Positions 52,380-62,742 of a DNA stretch of 64,000 nucleotides are shown piece after piece. The stretch's first letter is position 1. Every line of letters starts with the position of its first letter. The position numbers were made by a program, and so were the translations under genes. Below the pieces are notes generated by a model. It ran no database searches. It was not told the DNA's origin and worked only from the letters and a program-made list of their open reading frames with translations. Origin of the DNA: Hemiscyllium ocellatum (taxonomy: Eukaryota). The DNA lies in contig NC_083403.1 in the NCBI RefSeq assembly GCF_020745735.1, positions 102,944,378 through 103,008,377 on the forward strand, in the 5' to 3' direction.

Positions 52380-54122
52380 CATATCCAAATGCAGCAGGAA
52401 CTGGACAATATCCAAGTCTGGGCTGACAACTGGCAAGTAACATTTACACCACACTACAACAGCAATGATCATATCCAACAAGAGAGAATATAATCATTGT
52501 TCCTTGATATTCAATGACATTACCATTGCTGAATCCCCCACTATCAACATCCTAAGGGTTACCATTGACCATAAACTAAACGAGATTAGTCGAATCTCGA
52601 AGTGAGTAACCCACTCCTGACTCCCCAAAACAAAACTCTCCCACTTGCCTGAATGATTGCAGTTCCAATAACACTCAAGAAACTTGACACCATCCAGGAC
52701 AAAGTAGCCCTAATTGGTACCACATGCACAAACATTCAGTCCCTCCACTAATGACACACAGTAGCAGCAGTGTGTACTACCTACAAAATGCATGGCAGAA
52801 ATTCACCAAGCCTCCTTAGACAGCACCTCCCAGACCTACATGCACCTCCATCTAGAAGCACAAGGGCAGCAGAAACATGGGAACACCACCAATTGCAAGT
52901 TCTCCTCCAAACTGCACATCATCCCGACTTGGAAATATAGCTCTTGTGCCTCTAGTGTCACTGGATCAAAATCCTGAAACACCCTCCCTTACAACACTGT
53001 GGGTCTACCTACATCATATGGACTGCAGCAGTTCAAACACCAGGTGTCACTACGTACTGAGGTTCTACCTGTCCCCGGCATTGTGAAGGGTGGGCCTGGC
53101 CTCACTGTCGTGGAATGCTCCAAGTAATTGGACCATTCCGTTTCACCTGTCCTTTGTGGAGAAATTTGTGAAGAAAAATACCTTTGACCACAAGTCCATA
53201 AGGAAGTGGTCAGCACGTGGTGTCCTGGAGACCCTTTGGGAAAAGGAGAGAACGGATCCTGTTGAGCAGTTCCCTGGGCAGACTGTCAAAGTCATTTGGC
53301 AGAATGCCTCATTGCCAGAACTTTCCAACAAGCACCAAGACATGGCTTGGCTAATAGTGAGGAGGGCTCTGCCTGTGAAATCCTTTCAGCATGCCCAGAT
53401 TTGTTGTGCTACCTCACACTGCTCTCGAGGCGGCTGTAGAGGGAATGAGACTGTCACACACCTCCTTCTGGAGTGTGTTTATAGAAGGTAAGTCTGGAGA
53501 GGAATGCAGTGGTGTTTGTTAAGGTTTGTCCTGAGCAGCTTTGTGATGTGGGACTCCTTGCTCTACGGTCTGTTCCCCTCGATGTACACTGAGACAAATA
53601 TCAACTTGCCTGGGGGATCATCAATTCTGTTTGGTCTGCCCAACCCCTTGCTGGTCTTCCAGCTGAAGAAGTCGACCCCTGACTGAGTGTTGCAGTCTGG
53701 CACATTCCAAAGGTCCAAGACTAACTGCTGAGATTTGCGCTGAAGCTTGGGACAGCTGCTGCCACAGCGCGGTGGGGAAAGACCACTGCATAAAGCCCTT
53801 TTGCCAACAAATAACAAGGGGTCCATTCAGTAATTGGGTTCCACTGATGCCTCAGCTAAATGCCAAGAGGCTGGATGGTTAACGTACAGAATTGTAAATA
53901 CCAATGACTCAGTCTGTTCTCTGAATGTAAAGACATGTAAAGTAAACATCTGAAAGGCATCATCAGCTGTACAGGTACCAAAGATTTCAATGAATAAAGT
54001 ATATTTTTGAAAAAAAATGGACTCCAGCAGTTCAAGAAGGCAACTCAGCACCACCTTCTCAAGGGCAACTAAGGAAGGGCAATAAATGCTGGCCAGCCAG
54101 TGACACCTACATCCCATAAATG
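52380..54122 (+). mobile_element. CR1/L2-group LINE 3' portion, split by a Tx1-like insertion
   Basis: QQELDNIQVWADNWQVTF at ~52390-52450; 3' end CACCACCTTCTCAAGGGCAACT..GGGCAATAAATGCTGGCC resumes after 54035. Confidence 0.75.
53037..54017 (+). mobile_element. Tx1/L1-clade LINE 3' fragment
   Basis: ORF 53090..53491 has a zf-RVT-like motif (IWQNAS..AWL..ALPV..C..C..ETVTHLLLEC); AATAAA then poly-A at ~53994-54017; 19-bp TSD ATGGACT(G/C)CAGCAGTTCAA at 53018-53036 and 54017-54035. Confidence 0.88.
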
Positions 54123-54404
54123 GTATGGTTAAGACAAGTAGCACAGACATATTTAAAGAGAAACTTGATAATTACGAAAGGGAGAAAGAGATAGAACATT
54201 ATAGTGTTATAGTGAATTAAAGAAATCTAGAAGGAAGGCTCTTGTGAAGTATAAATGTCAGAATGGGCTAGATGAGCAATTTCTGTGCTGTATATAATTA
54301 ACCATTCTATGTATCTATTGTAATCCCTAACCTGTCAGCATCCTGTATTAATGTGCAGCACTGTTGGACAGAGTGACTAGATTTGGTATTCCTGGCTGGT
54401 TTAC

Positions 54405-54579
54405 CTGGAGTAATGCATAGCCTGGTGATCAGCAATTTGAAAATAGAAATCGGTGGTGTGTTTCATTTCGTTTGAATACCCACTCTTCTCAATGAAATGC
54501 CCAACAGGGTAACAGTAAACACCATCCACCAAATTGCTGTCATCGTATTCACAACAGCGATCGTGTAGTGGTCCATTTC
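54405..54579 (-). CDS. EPM2A: Laforin glucan phosphatase exon 2 (end of CBM20, linker)
   Basis: Minus strand ttttAG|GA AAT GGA ... TCC AG|GTaaa; 175 nt, (G)[58 protein letters not shown], closely resembling laforin. Missed by the ORF track. Confidence 0.95.
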
Positions 54580-54659
54580 CTAAAACGGATAAAGAAAAGT
54601 CATTTTTCTGAGTTAAGCGGTGTGTTCAGAAATCAACCATTGTCAAGGAAATGCAGTCC

Positions 54660-54855
54660 TAATGAGTTGCTGCACTGGAGGAGATGCCATCTTCCAAATG
54701 AAATGCCGAACTGTGGCTCTAGCTGCTCTTTAAAGGTGAGCGTAAAGACCCCACTAGTTCAAAGAATTGCAGGGAGGTTCTCCCCGGTAAACTGACCAAT
54801 ACTTATCTCTCAACCAATATCTGTAAAACAAATTATCTGATCATCATCACTTTGG
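54660..54855 (+). mobile_element. Deu-domain SINE (SacSINE1/AmnSINE1-like) fragment
   Basis: GGAGATGCCATCTT..GTAAAGACCCC..GGAGGTTCTCCCCGGT..CCAATACTTATCTCTCAACCAA..ATTATCTGATCAT resembles the Deu core from memory; a similar decayed piece lies at ~27870-28100. Confidence 0.6.
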
Positions 54856-56751
54856 CAGCAATAAGCTCCTTGTTCTAGATTATTAGTCTGCTTCAGTAGA
54901 CAATTAAAAATTTACTACATTGCTGTGGGACTGAGTCACATTTAGGACAGACCAAGTAAGAATAGCAGATTTGCTTCCCTTACAGGCATATGTGAAGGCA
55001 TATAGACTTATTAAACAATTGCTGATAGCTTCAATGTCATCATTACTGAGACTTGCTTTCAATTCCAGATTTACCAATTGAATTTAAATTCCACCAATTG
55101 CTGTAGCAGGACATGAACTTGTGTCCTCAGAGCCGTTGTCCATGCCATCTCCCAGGGCAGAGCACAGGAGAGTTCCCATGCTCTTCTAATGTTGTGGACA
55201 AGGCCAGACCACTCTAAACATTCTTATACAGGCAGCCCTAGACCTAACTTTGCAACTTGTTTCAGTGAGTGTACGGCGAAAATTATCTGGAGTAAGATAA
55301 CTAGGTTGACTACTAGATTTTAAAACAGACAAAAAATTTATTCACAAAATTACACAATGAAACACAAAGAACAGAATAAAAAACTGCTACAGAACTCAAC
55401 CTATCCAGCTAGACTTAATTATACTGTTCTGAATACACAGAACAGTCCCAAACTCCCTTTAAAACCCAGTATAAATGGATCACATGCTTACAGGTTGAAG
55501 TTGAAGGGCTGACAAGGTCATTGCCAGATTACACAACTGTGCCTGTACATTGATGACCTGGTAATTTTTAGTCACTCGTAGAAGGAACATTTATCGGACT
55601 TATTCGATCGACTTCAGAAGGTAGGCTTGGTGGTAAACCTAGCTAAAAATGAATTTGCCAAAGCCTAAGTCACCCTCCTGAACCATGTTATTGGACAGGA
55701 ACAAAGGGCCCCACGAGATGCGAAAACGAAAGTAATTGGGGAATTTCCTACACCGTCGACAAAAAAAGCAGTACTATGGTTCCTGGGATCCACACAGCTC
55801 CCTGTTGAACTTCCCAGTTCAAGCCTGAACTAAACCTGCTCAGCTCAGCTAGCTAAAGAGCTGACCACTCCCCCCTCTTTACTCAGGTCACCTCTAAAGC
55901 ATGACCACTTTGGCCTGAAGTCTCATCTGTTTACAAAGGCATCTCAAAATCCTTTTCATCTCTATACCAAACCAGACTGATTGGAGCCCAGCCTGGTTTA
56001 TTGCCCCTCTGAAGGAGAATCAAGGACAGAGTCTCCTTGAACCACGACACAAATTTTAGAAAAAAAGGACGAGCTTTGTGACACCTCCCTCCCAAAAAAA
56101 ACATCAATATCAAAAGATGGCTTCATTTTTAACCCTTCAAAAACCCAGTTGGTGGTCTAAACACACATATACGCTATACTAACTATAACCATGCAAACAT
56201 GTGCAACTACATGAACATTCAGGCCGCAGTACACCCACCATTGAATGCCTCCATATCTCATTCAGGTTTCGATAACGCATCGGCAATCACATTTTCATGA
56301 CCTGCCACATGCACAATTGTCAAATTGAATGGCTACAATGACATCTAAACAGTCTGGCATTTTTGTCCTTAAATTTTCCACAATGTCATCATTACTGAGA
56401 CTAGCTTTCAATTCAAGATTTACCAATTGAATTTAAATTCCACCAATTGCTGTAGTAGGACATGAACTTGTGATCAGTGTAAGCGATTGTCTCAGATACA
56501 TTGCTGGTAATATAAAGATTGAAATGTTGTAATGCCAACACCAAGCTTAAAGTCTCTTCCTCCACCGTTGAATATTTTTGTTGATGAATGTTCAACTTTC
56601 AACTACCCGATGGGTCTTTCTATTCCCTTGTCATCCTCCTGCAGGAGCACTGCACCGACACCCACACCACTGGCATTGATAGCCACTTTGAAAGGCTTCG
56701 TGTAATCTGGTGTGACCAATACTGGTTATCACAGTTTTTAGGCTGTCAAAT

Positions 56752-59700
56752 GCCAGATCAACACAGCTGTCCCAAAGCCTCGAGGGCAGTCTCATGACAG
56801 CAATACCAAAGCCACACAAAGGTCAGACAGAGAGGCTCGAACTAGAGGTCCATGAGGTTGTGGGACCCCAACCCTTGGGAGAAGGACCGCCCCAGGGACA
56901 AGTCTAACTTGCCCTGCTGAGGCAGCGATCTGTGGACACCGACTTGCTCAAGGAAGTAACAAGCATCAGGGTAACCACTTACGCTCGGAAAGTGAGGTAG
57001 GGAATACCTGTTTATACAGGTCACCAGCCAATATTGTTTGGGAACAGAATAGGGAAGGTAGATTCAGCAACTCTTCATGGCCTGAGTTTTAAAAAGTTTA
57101 GGGAAGTGGTCAGCACTCCCCCCAAAATCATGGAGTCCCGAAAACTCTGAAAAACAAAGGACCCCCTCCTAGCCCCCTTCCCGCAGTACCCCACAGTTAC
57201 CTTGTTGTTGAGGAACTTGATCCTGGGGGGTGGGATGAGGTGGCTGCATTATTGGCTTCCCAGCTGCACAGGGCAGCAGAGAGAGAGAGAGAGACTAGCT
57301 GGCAGCCTGTCAGAATTCATGTTAGTACTCAACAGGGTCCTAGTGCCTGAATGCTTCTTCACTGAACCTTGGAGGAACTTTGACTCTTTGCGTTCAGCCT
57401 TGCATGCACATTTGCCTACTGGTGATTGAATGTCTGTTTCAATCCCTGCAGCTCAAGATCCAGAGATGACTTGATTAATTTTGCATTTTGGTGATCTAAG
57501 ATGGTTTTACTTTTAAGGAACCATCGGTGCTTATGAAATGAAAGTTCTGCATAAGTTTTATTAATAAGGTTTTAATGCTCCTACCTTTCTCTGCTTGTTC
57601 TGCAGTCACTGAGAGCTGTGATTGTTCAGTGATTCAGTGTTTGTTTACGTTGTGGTCAGGGATTACACGCTTGATTACCCTTTACAGTCTAACCTGTCAA
57701 CCACTTACTGCCTGTGTGTTCTGCCAGCATTGTCTCTGTTTTGTTTTCCTCGAAAGCCGAAGCACAGCACATAGAAATCAACCCAGAATGTCCAGGGCGC
57801 CACGAGGGCGCGGACATCCACCCTCTGGCCAGGAGATGCCAGCTGTGGGAGCTGGGAAACCCCAATCATGTGGTGAGAACGGCCCAGGGCCGAAAATGAA
57901 CAAGAATACACAGAAAAGGCATGGCAAATACGTGAACTTCAAAAATAAGATAGGAGATGTGCTTGTTACACCTGGTTCACCGGCAGACACTGTGCAGAAA
58001 GACAGGGGACAGGCAATACATTATCCCCTTCACAGGGACCTTTACACCTTGTTCCAAGGAAATTAGCTATATGGGGGGTCCTTTAAATTTGATAAAATAG
58101 ATTACTGGACCTCGGCCATCACAGGGGGGGTAAGGGGATCCCTCATGGAACACTGTCTACATGTTGCAGTGTCTCACAAAGTTTTGGGACATTGCTAAAC
58201 TCCATCAGCCCCCCCTAAGGTAAAAGACCGCTGCAAGAAACCCCAACAGTGGAGACCCCTACCACTGTGGACACTAATGCCATACTGACCAGCATCCCTG
58301 CCTCCGGCACCTGCTTTTCTGCAATCAACCACTGCTCAGCCTTTTTCTTTATTAAATTGTCCCCTGAAAGCCAGTTTTACGTATGGCAGCTGCCAGTACA
58401 CATGGACCAGGCTTCCCCAGGATTACACGGAGAGCCCCACAGTCTGTGATGCTGCAGTACACCATACCCTCTTTACTTTAGACCTGCAATATGCGGATGA
58501 TTTGTTACTGCCCTCCACCTCCATGGAATCATGTATGCAGGACACTGTCACATTGCTCTGCTGTCTGGCAAAAGATGGACATAGAGTTTCCATGGAGAAG
58601 ATGTAACTCTGCCAGCACACAGTACAGTACTTGGGGTACGAACCCTCGCATGGCCTCAGGGCACTGGCTAGAGAGAGAGTCGCAGCCATCACTCAGCTTC
58701 CCCTGGCCAGCCACAAGAACTCAGCTGCAGACTTTTCAGGGGGTGGTGAACTATTGCAGGCACTGGATCCCAGACCACCGTACCATTCATGAGCCCATAC
58801 GGTTGGCAGCTTCACCAAAGGTGACCTGGACAGCAAAGATGGGACAGGAACTACATTTAAAAAGCAACTGGCCTCTGCTCCTGTCCTGGGAGTCCCAGAC
58901 TACACCCAACCCTTCTACTTATATGTCAACGATTCTGAGGGATTTGCATTCAGCATCTTAACATAGCTTCACGGGGATCTCCAGAGCCCTGTTGCTTTTT
59001 ACTCTATGCACTTACCACCTGTTGTAAGGGGAATGCCAGCATGTTTGAGAGCTGTGGTAGCAGCTGTGGTAGCAGCCGTGGTAACAGTAGAGAAGGCAAC
59101 CCCCATTGTGCTGGATTACCCATGCACTGTTTTGGTTCCCTATTCGGTCTCCCTGCTGCTAAATTCAGCAGCAACCAAGATTTTACTGCCACCTGGAGAA
59201 CTGGCTATGAGGTCACTTTACTATCCAAAGCCAATCTGTCTCTACAACGTACTCCTGCCCTGAACCCCACCACCCATGTCCTGCAGGACCCACAATAGCA
59301 CAGGCCCCAGTATTCCCTGACCCCCATGGAGGCAGTGCGAGCTGCCCAACAGGCTGATCCCCCGCAAGAAAAGGACAGTTGGGCCCACATTGGGGCCATG
59401 CAGTCACCTTCCCTACAGCTGCTGGTACACCCCGATGGCTACATCATTTGCCCAAGAGCCCACCTACACACACTGACCCTAGCAGCCCACGGCACTGGCC
59501 ACACGGACAAGAGGGGCATGATACACACTGTAACGCAGCCCTGGTATGCACCAGGATTCACTGCCGCTGCCCTAGCCTTGCTGTCACAGTGCCTTATCTG
59601 CCTGCAGAACAACACAGGAAAGCCTGTTACCAAATATGACCACCTGCCAGTTCCTGAGGGGCCTTTCAGCCACTTGCAGATGAACGTCACACACAAGCCC

Positions 59701-61520
59701 CAAAAAAAACAGGGTGACAAGTACATCCTGGTCATCATGGACATATTCTCCAAGTGGGTGGAAGCATTTCCCACAAAAAAAAGGACGGCGCACGCACGGT
59801 ACTAAAATGCCTCCTAAAGGATGTCATCCCCAGATTTGGGGTCCCCAGTAGCATAGAGTCGGACAGAGGGACTCACTTCACTGCTAGGCTTACGACTGGC
59901 ATTAGCAAGACACTAGAGATACCATGGCGACACCACATCCCCTACCAACTCCAGTCATCAGACATGGTCAAACGGATGAAAGGAACCCTTAAGACCACAC
60001 TAATCAAAATCACCCAGGAAACAGGACTGACCTGGCCAGACACTTGCCACTTACTCTCTATACTATACGTGTGCAGGCAAATCACACGACTGCGCTCACC
60101 CCTTTTGAAGTGCCTATGGGACAGCCTATGCCCACTGCTACCAGACCCCCAAAGCTCTCCATGGATGCAGCCCTTCTCCTGATGCAAGAGGCCCTGCTAG
60201 ATTATGTCCAGGCCCTTAGCAGGAGTATTAGTGTTACACATGACCAGGTCAGGGTCATGTTGCCTACACCCCAATCAGTGCCCATTCATCTGTTCCGACT
60301 TGGGGATATGTCATGGTGAACTCACTAGAAAAGGATTCTCTCTCCCCTAGGTGGAAAGGCTGATGCTGATGATGACCCAGACAGCTGTGAAACTGGAAGG
60401 ACAGCCTGAATGGATACATGCCACCTGCTGCAAGAGGGGTCCACCATCAATGAACAGGGACCAGACAGACGAAGATGCCACTTGGAAAATCGAGGATGGA
60501 TCCAGCTGTTCGCTGCAGCCATCACCATCATCACCCTCAGCCTGACCTGTCTGACCATCACACTGTGGCTTGTTGGTAAACAGGGACAAGCGGCGAGACA
60601 TTTGCATGCCTTTGTGCAATACTAACACGTTCTGCCCCCCTCATCACTCAGCTAGCAGAGATCCACTGGGAGAACATCCCTGTCCCTGAGATAACCTCTG
60701 CTGAACCAGGCTCAGACACCGAGAGCTATCTGATGATACCAAGCACCCCCTGCCCACCTGACAATCCTCCAGGCTCTGACTACATTTCCCCTTTCTCATC
60801 ATTCCCCTAACAAAAAAAAAGAGGAATTGTGGGAAAAGATCTGTCACCCTGCCTACCCATAATAGGTCCACACAAAACATAGGAAAGCAAACTTGGCCAA
60901 ACTATACCAAAAACACCCATAATGCTTCAGCAGGGACCAAGCAGGCTGACAAGTGAAACCAGACCGCACTCACAAACAAGGGAATACACTTCCCAGAACC
61001 CACTAACAATACCAGATTAACACAACTATTCCAAAGCCCTGAGGGCTGTCTCATCACAGAGCAATACAAAAGCCACACAAAAGAAAGGTCAGACAAAGTG
61101 GCACTAAAGGACCCTACCCCCAGGATGGGAACAATGGAAGCAACTTACTCACCTACCTGTGAAGAAGACTGGAATCTCCTATCCATTGATACCATCAGGA
61201 TGTTGCACTATATCAAGAATTAGGACATTCATCCAATAACTGTTTTCCAATTATCATCACTGTAACTAGACTACTCCATTTCCAGATACACTGTATCTTT
61301 CCCCATTTTAATTAATCTTATTGTACAAGATTCCTATAAAACCTGGCTTCATCCTCAGCTTGAGGTAGAGAATCCTTGGTCTACCTGTACAGACTGTCAG
61401 TTCTGGGTCAGCCTAGTCAATTTCTCTTCCAGTGATATGGCTTGTAATAAACAGCTTGTCAATGTCACCCGATCTGGTTTGTGTGGTCTCTGCTTTATTA
61501 GGCTAATTTCTCTGATAAAC
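56752..61520 (+). mobile_element. Deleted class I (epsilon/gamma-like) endogenous retrovirus
   Basis: Degenerate gag knuckle ~57844-57890; RT YTWTRLPQDYTESP..LQYADDLLL (~58397-58510); tether; integrase H..H..C..C, WVEAFPT, IESDRGTHF, HIPY..QSS (59480-60000); C-terminal WIHATCCK; PPT 60812-60826; 3' LTR from 60828; 5' LTR remnant 56752-56841. Confidence 0.88.
60828..61520 (+). repeat. ERV 3' LTR
   Basis: TG start after the polypurine tract, TATAAAA at ~61335, AATAAA at 61446-61451; Gypsy sequence (matching ~33085-33140) resumes at ~61520. Confidence 0.75.
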
Positions 61521-61837
61521 CCCATGTGACAGTAATAATTCTTTCAGGTCATTTTGATTTTCTTGTGGAAGGTAACTCAATAAAATATCCCAATTTTTGA
61601 CAACTTCCTCATTGTCCAGTTTGATTTGATGTTGCGTAATGGGATTGCCTCATCCATTATTGCTAATAAATATTTATTCCCACTTTTTGTTTGAGGTACG
61701 GGACCCACGCAATCAATCAAGACACTTGTGAAAGGTTCCTCAAATCCTGGAATGTTATTAAAGGTGCAGGTTTTATTACTCCCTGTGGTTTTCCGATTAG
61801 CTGACATGTATGATGCATCTGGCAAAATTCAACTACA

Positions 61838-61964
61838 GGGAGAAAGTGAGGACTGCAGATGCTGGAGAAGAGAGCTGAAAATGTGTTGCTGGAAAAACGC
61901 AGCAAGTCAGGCAGCATCCAAGGAGCAGGAGAGTCGACGTTTCGGGCATGAGCCCTTCTTCAGG
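61838..61964 (-). mobile_element. Short Penelope-like terminal fragment with hammerhead core, inserted in Gypsy integrase
   Basis: 12-bp TSD AATTCAACTACA at 61826-61837 and 61965-61976; core CUGAAGA-A-GGGC-UCAU-GCCC-GAA-ACGU-C on -. Confidence 0.85.
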
Positions 61965-62132
61965 AATTCAACTACATTCTTGTGTAGTCCAGGCCAGTAA
62001 AAATGTCTTTGTATTTTAGCCTGTGTTTTCCTCACTCCTAAATGACCTCCAAGTGGAAGTTCATGCGCCACTCTCAGCACCTCCTTTCTATACCCTACTG
62101 ACAAAACAATTTGATGAATCTCTGCCTTTTGT

Positions 62133-62742
62133 GGGCGGCACGGTGGTTAGCACTGCTGCCTCACAGCGCCTGTAGACCCAGGTTCATTTCCCGACTCAGG
62201 CGACTGACTGTGTGGAGTTTGCACGTTCTCCCCGTGTCTGCGTGGGTTTCCTCCGGGTGCTCCGGTTTCCTCCCACAGTCACAAAGATGTGCGGGTCAGG
62301 TGAATTGGCCAAGCTAAATTGCCCGTAGTGTTAGGTAAGGGGTAAATGTAGGGGTATGGGTGGGTTGCGCTTCGGCGGGTCGGTGTGGACTTGTTGGGCC
62401 GAAGGGCCTGTTTCCACACTGTAAGTCTAATATGGGCGGCACGGTGGCACAGTGGTTAGCACTGCTGCCTCACAGCGCCTGAGACCCGGGTTCAATTCCC
62501 GACTCAGGCGACTGACTGTGTGGAGTTTGCACGTTCTCCCCGTGTCTGCGTGGGTTTCCTCCGGGTGCTCCGGTTTCCTCCCACTGTCCAAAGATGTGCG
62601 GGTCAGGTGAATTGGCCATGCTAAATTGCCCGTAGTGTTAGGTAAGGGGTGGATGTAGGGGTATGGGTGGGTTGCGCTTCGGCGGGTCGGTGTGGACTTG
62701 TTGGGCCGAAGGGCCTGTTTCCACACTGTAAGTCTAATCTAA
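62133..62742 (+). mobile_element. Head-to-tail HE1 SINE dimer (62133-62430, 62434-62742)
   Basis: Two near-identical, CpG-rich copies; the first lacks ~9 bp of the A-box region. Confidence 0.92.

Noticed and set aside
56700-56750. TGTAAT.. as the start of the ERV 5' LTR
   Set aside because: The reverse strand still encodes Gypsy AFDSLKTV..PDYTKPF up to ~56755, so it belongs to the Gypsy.
62434-62510. tRNA genes at SINE heads (also 21513, 27600, 62133)
   Set aside because: A and B boxes are present but run directly into the V-SINE core and LINE-derived tail.
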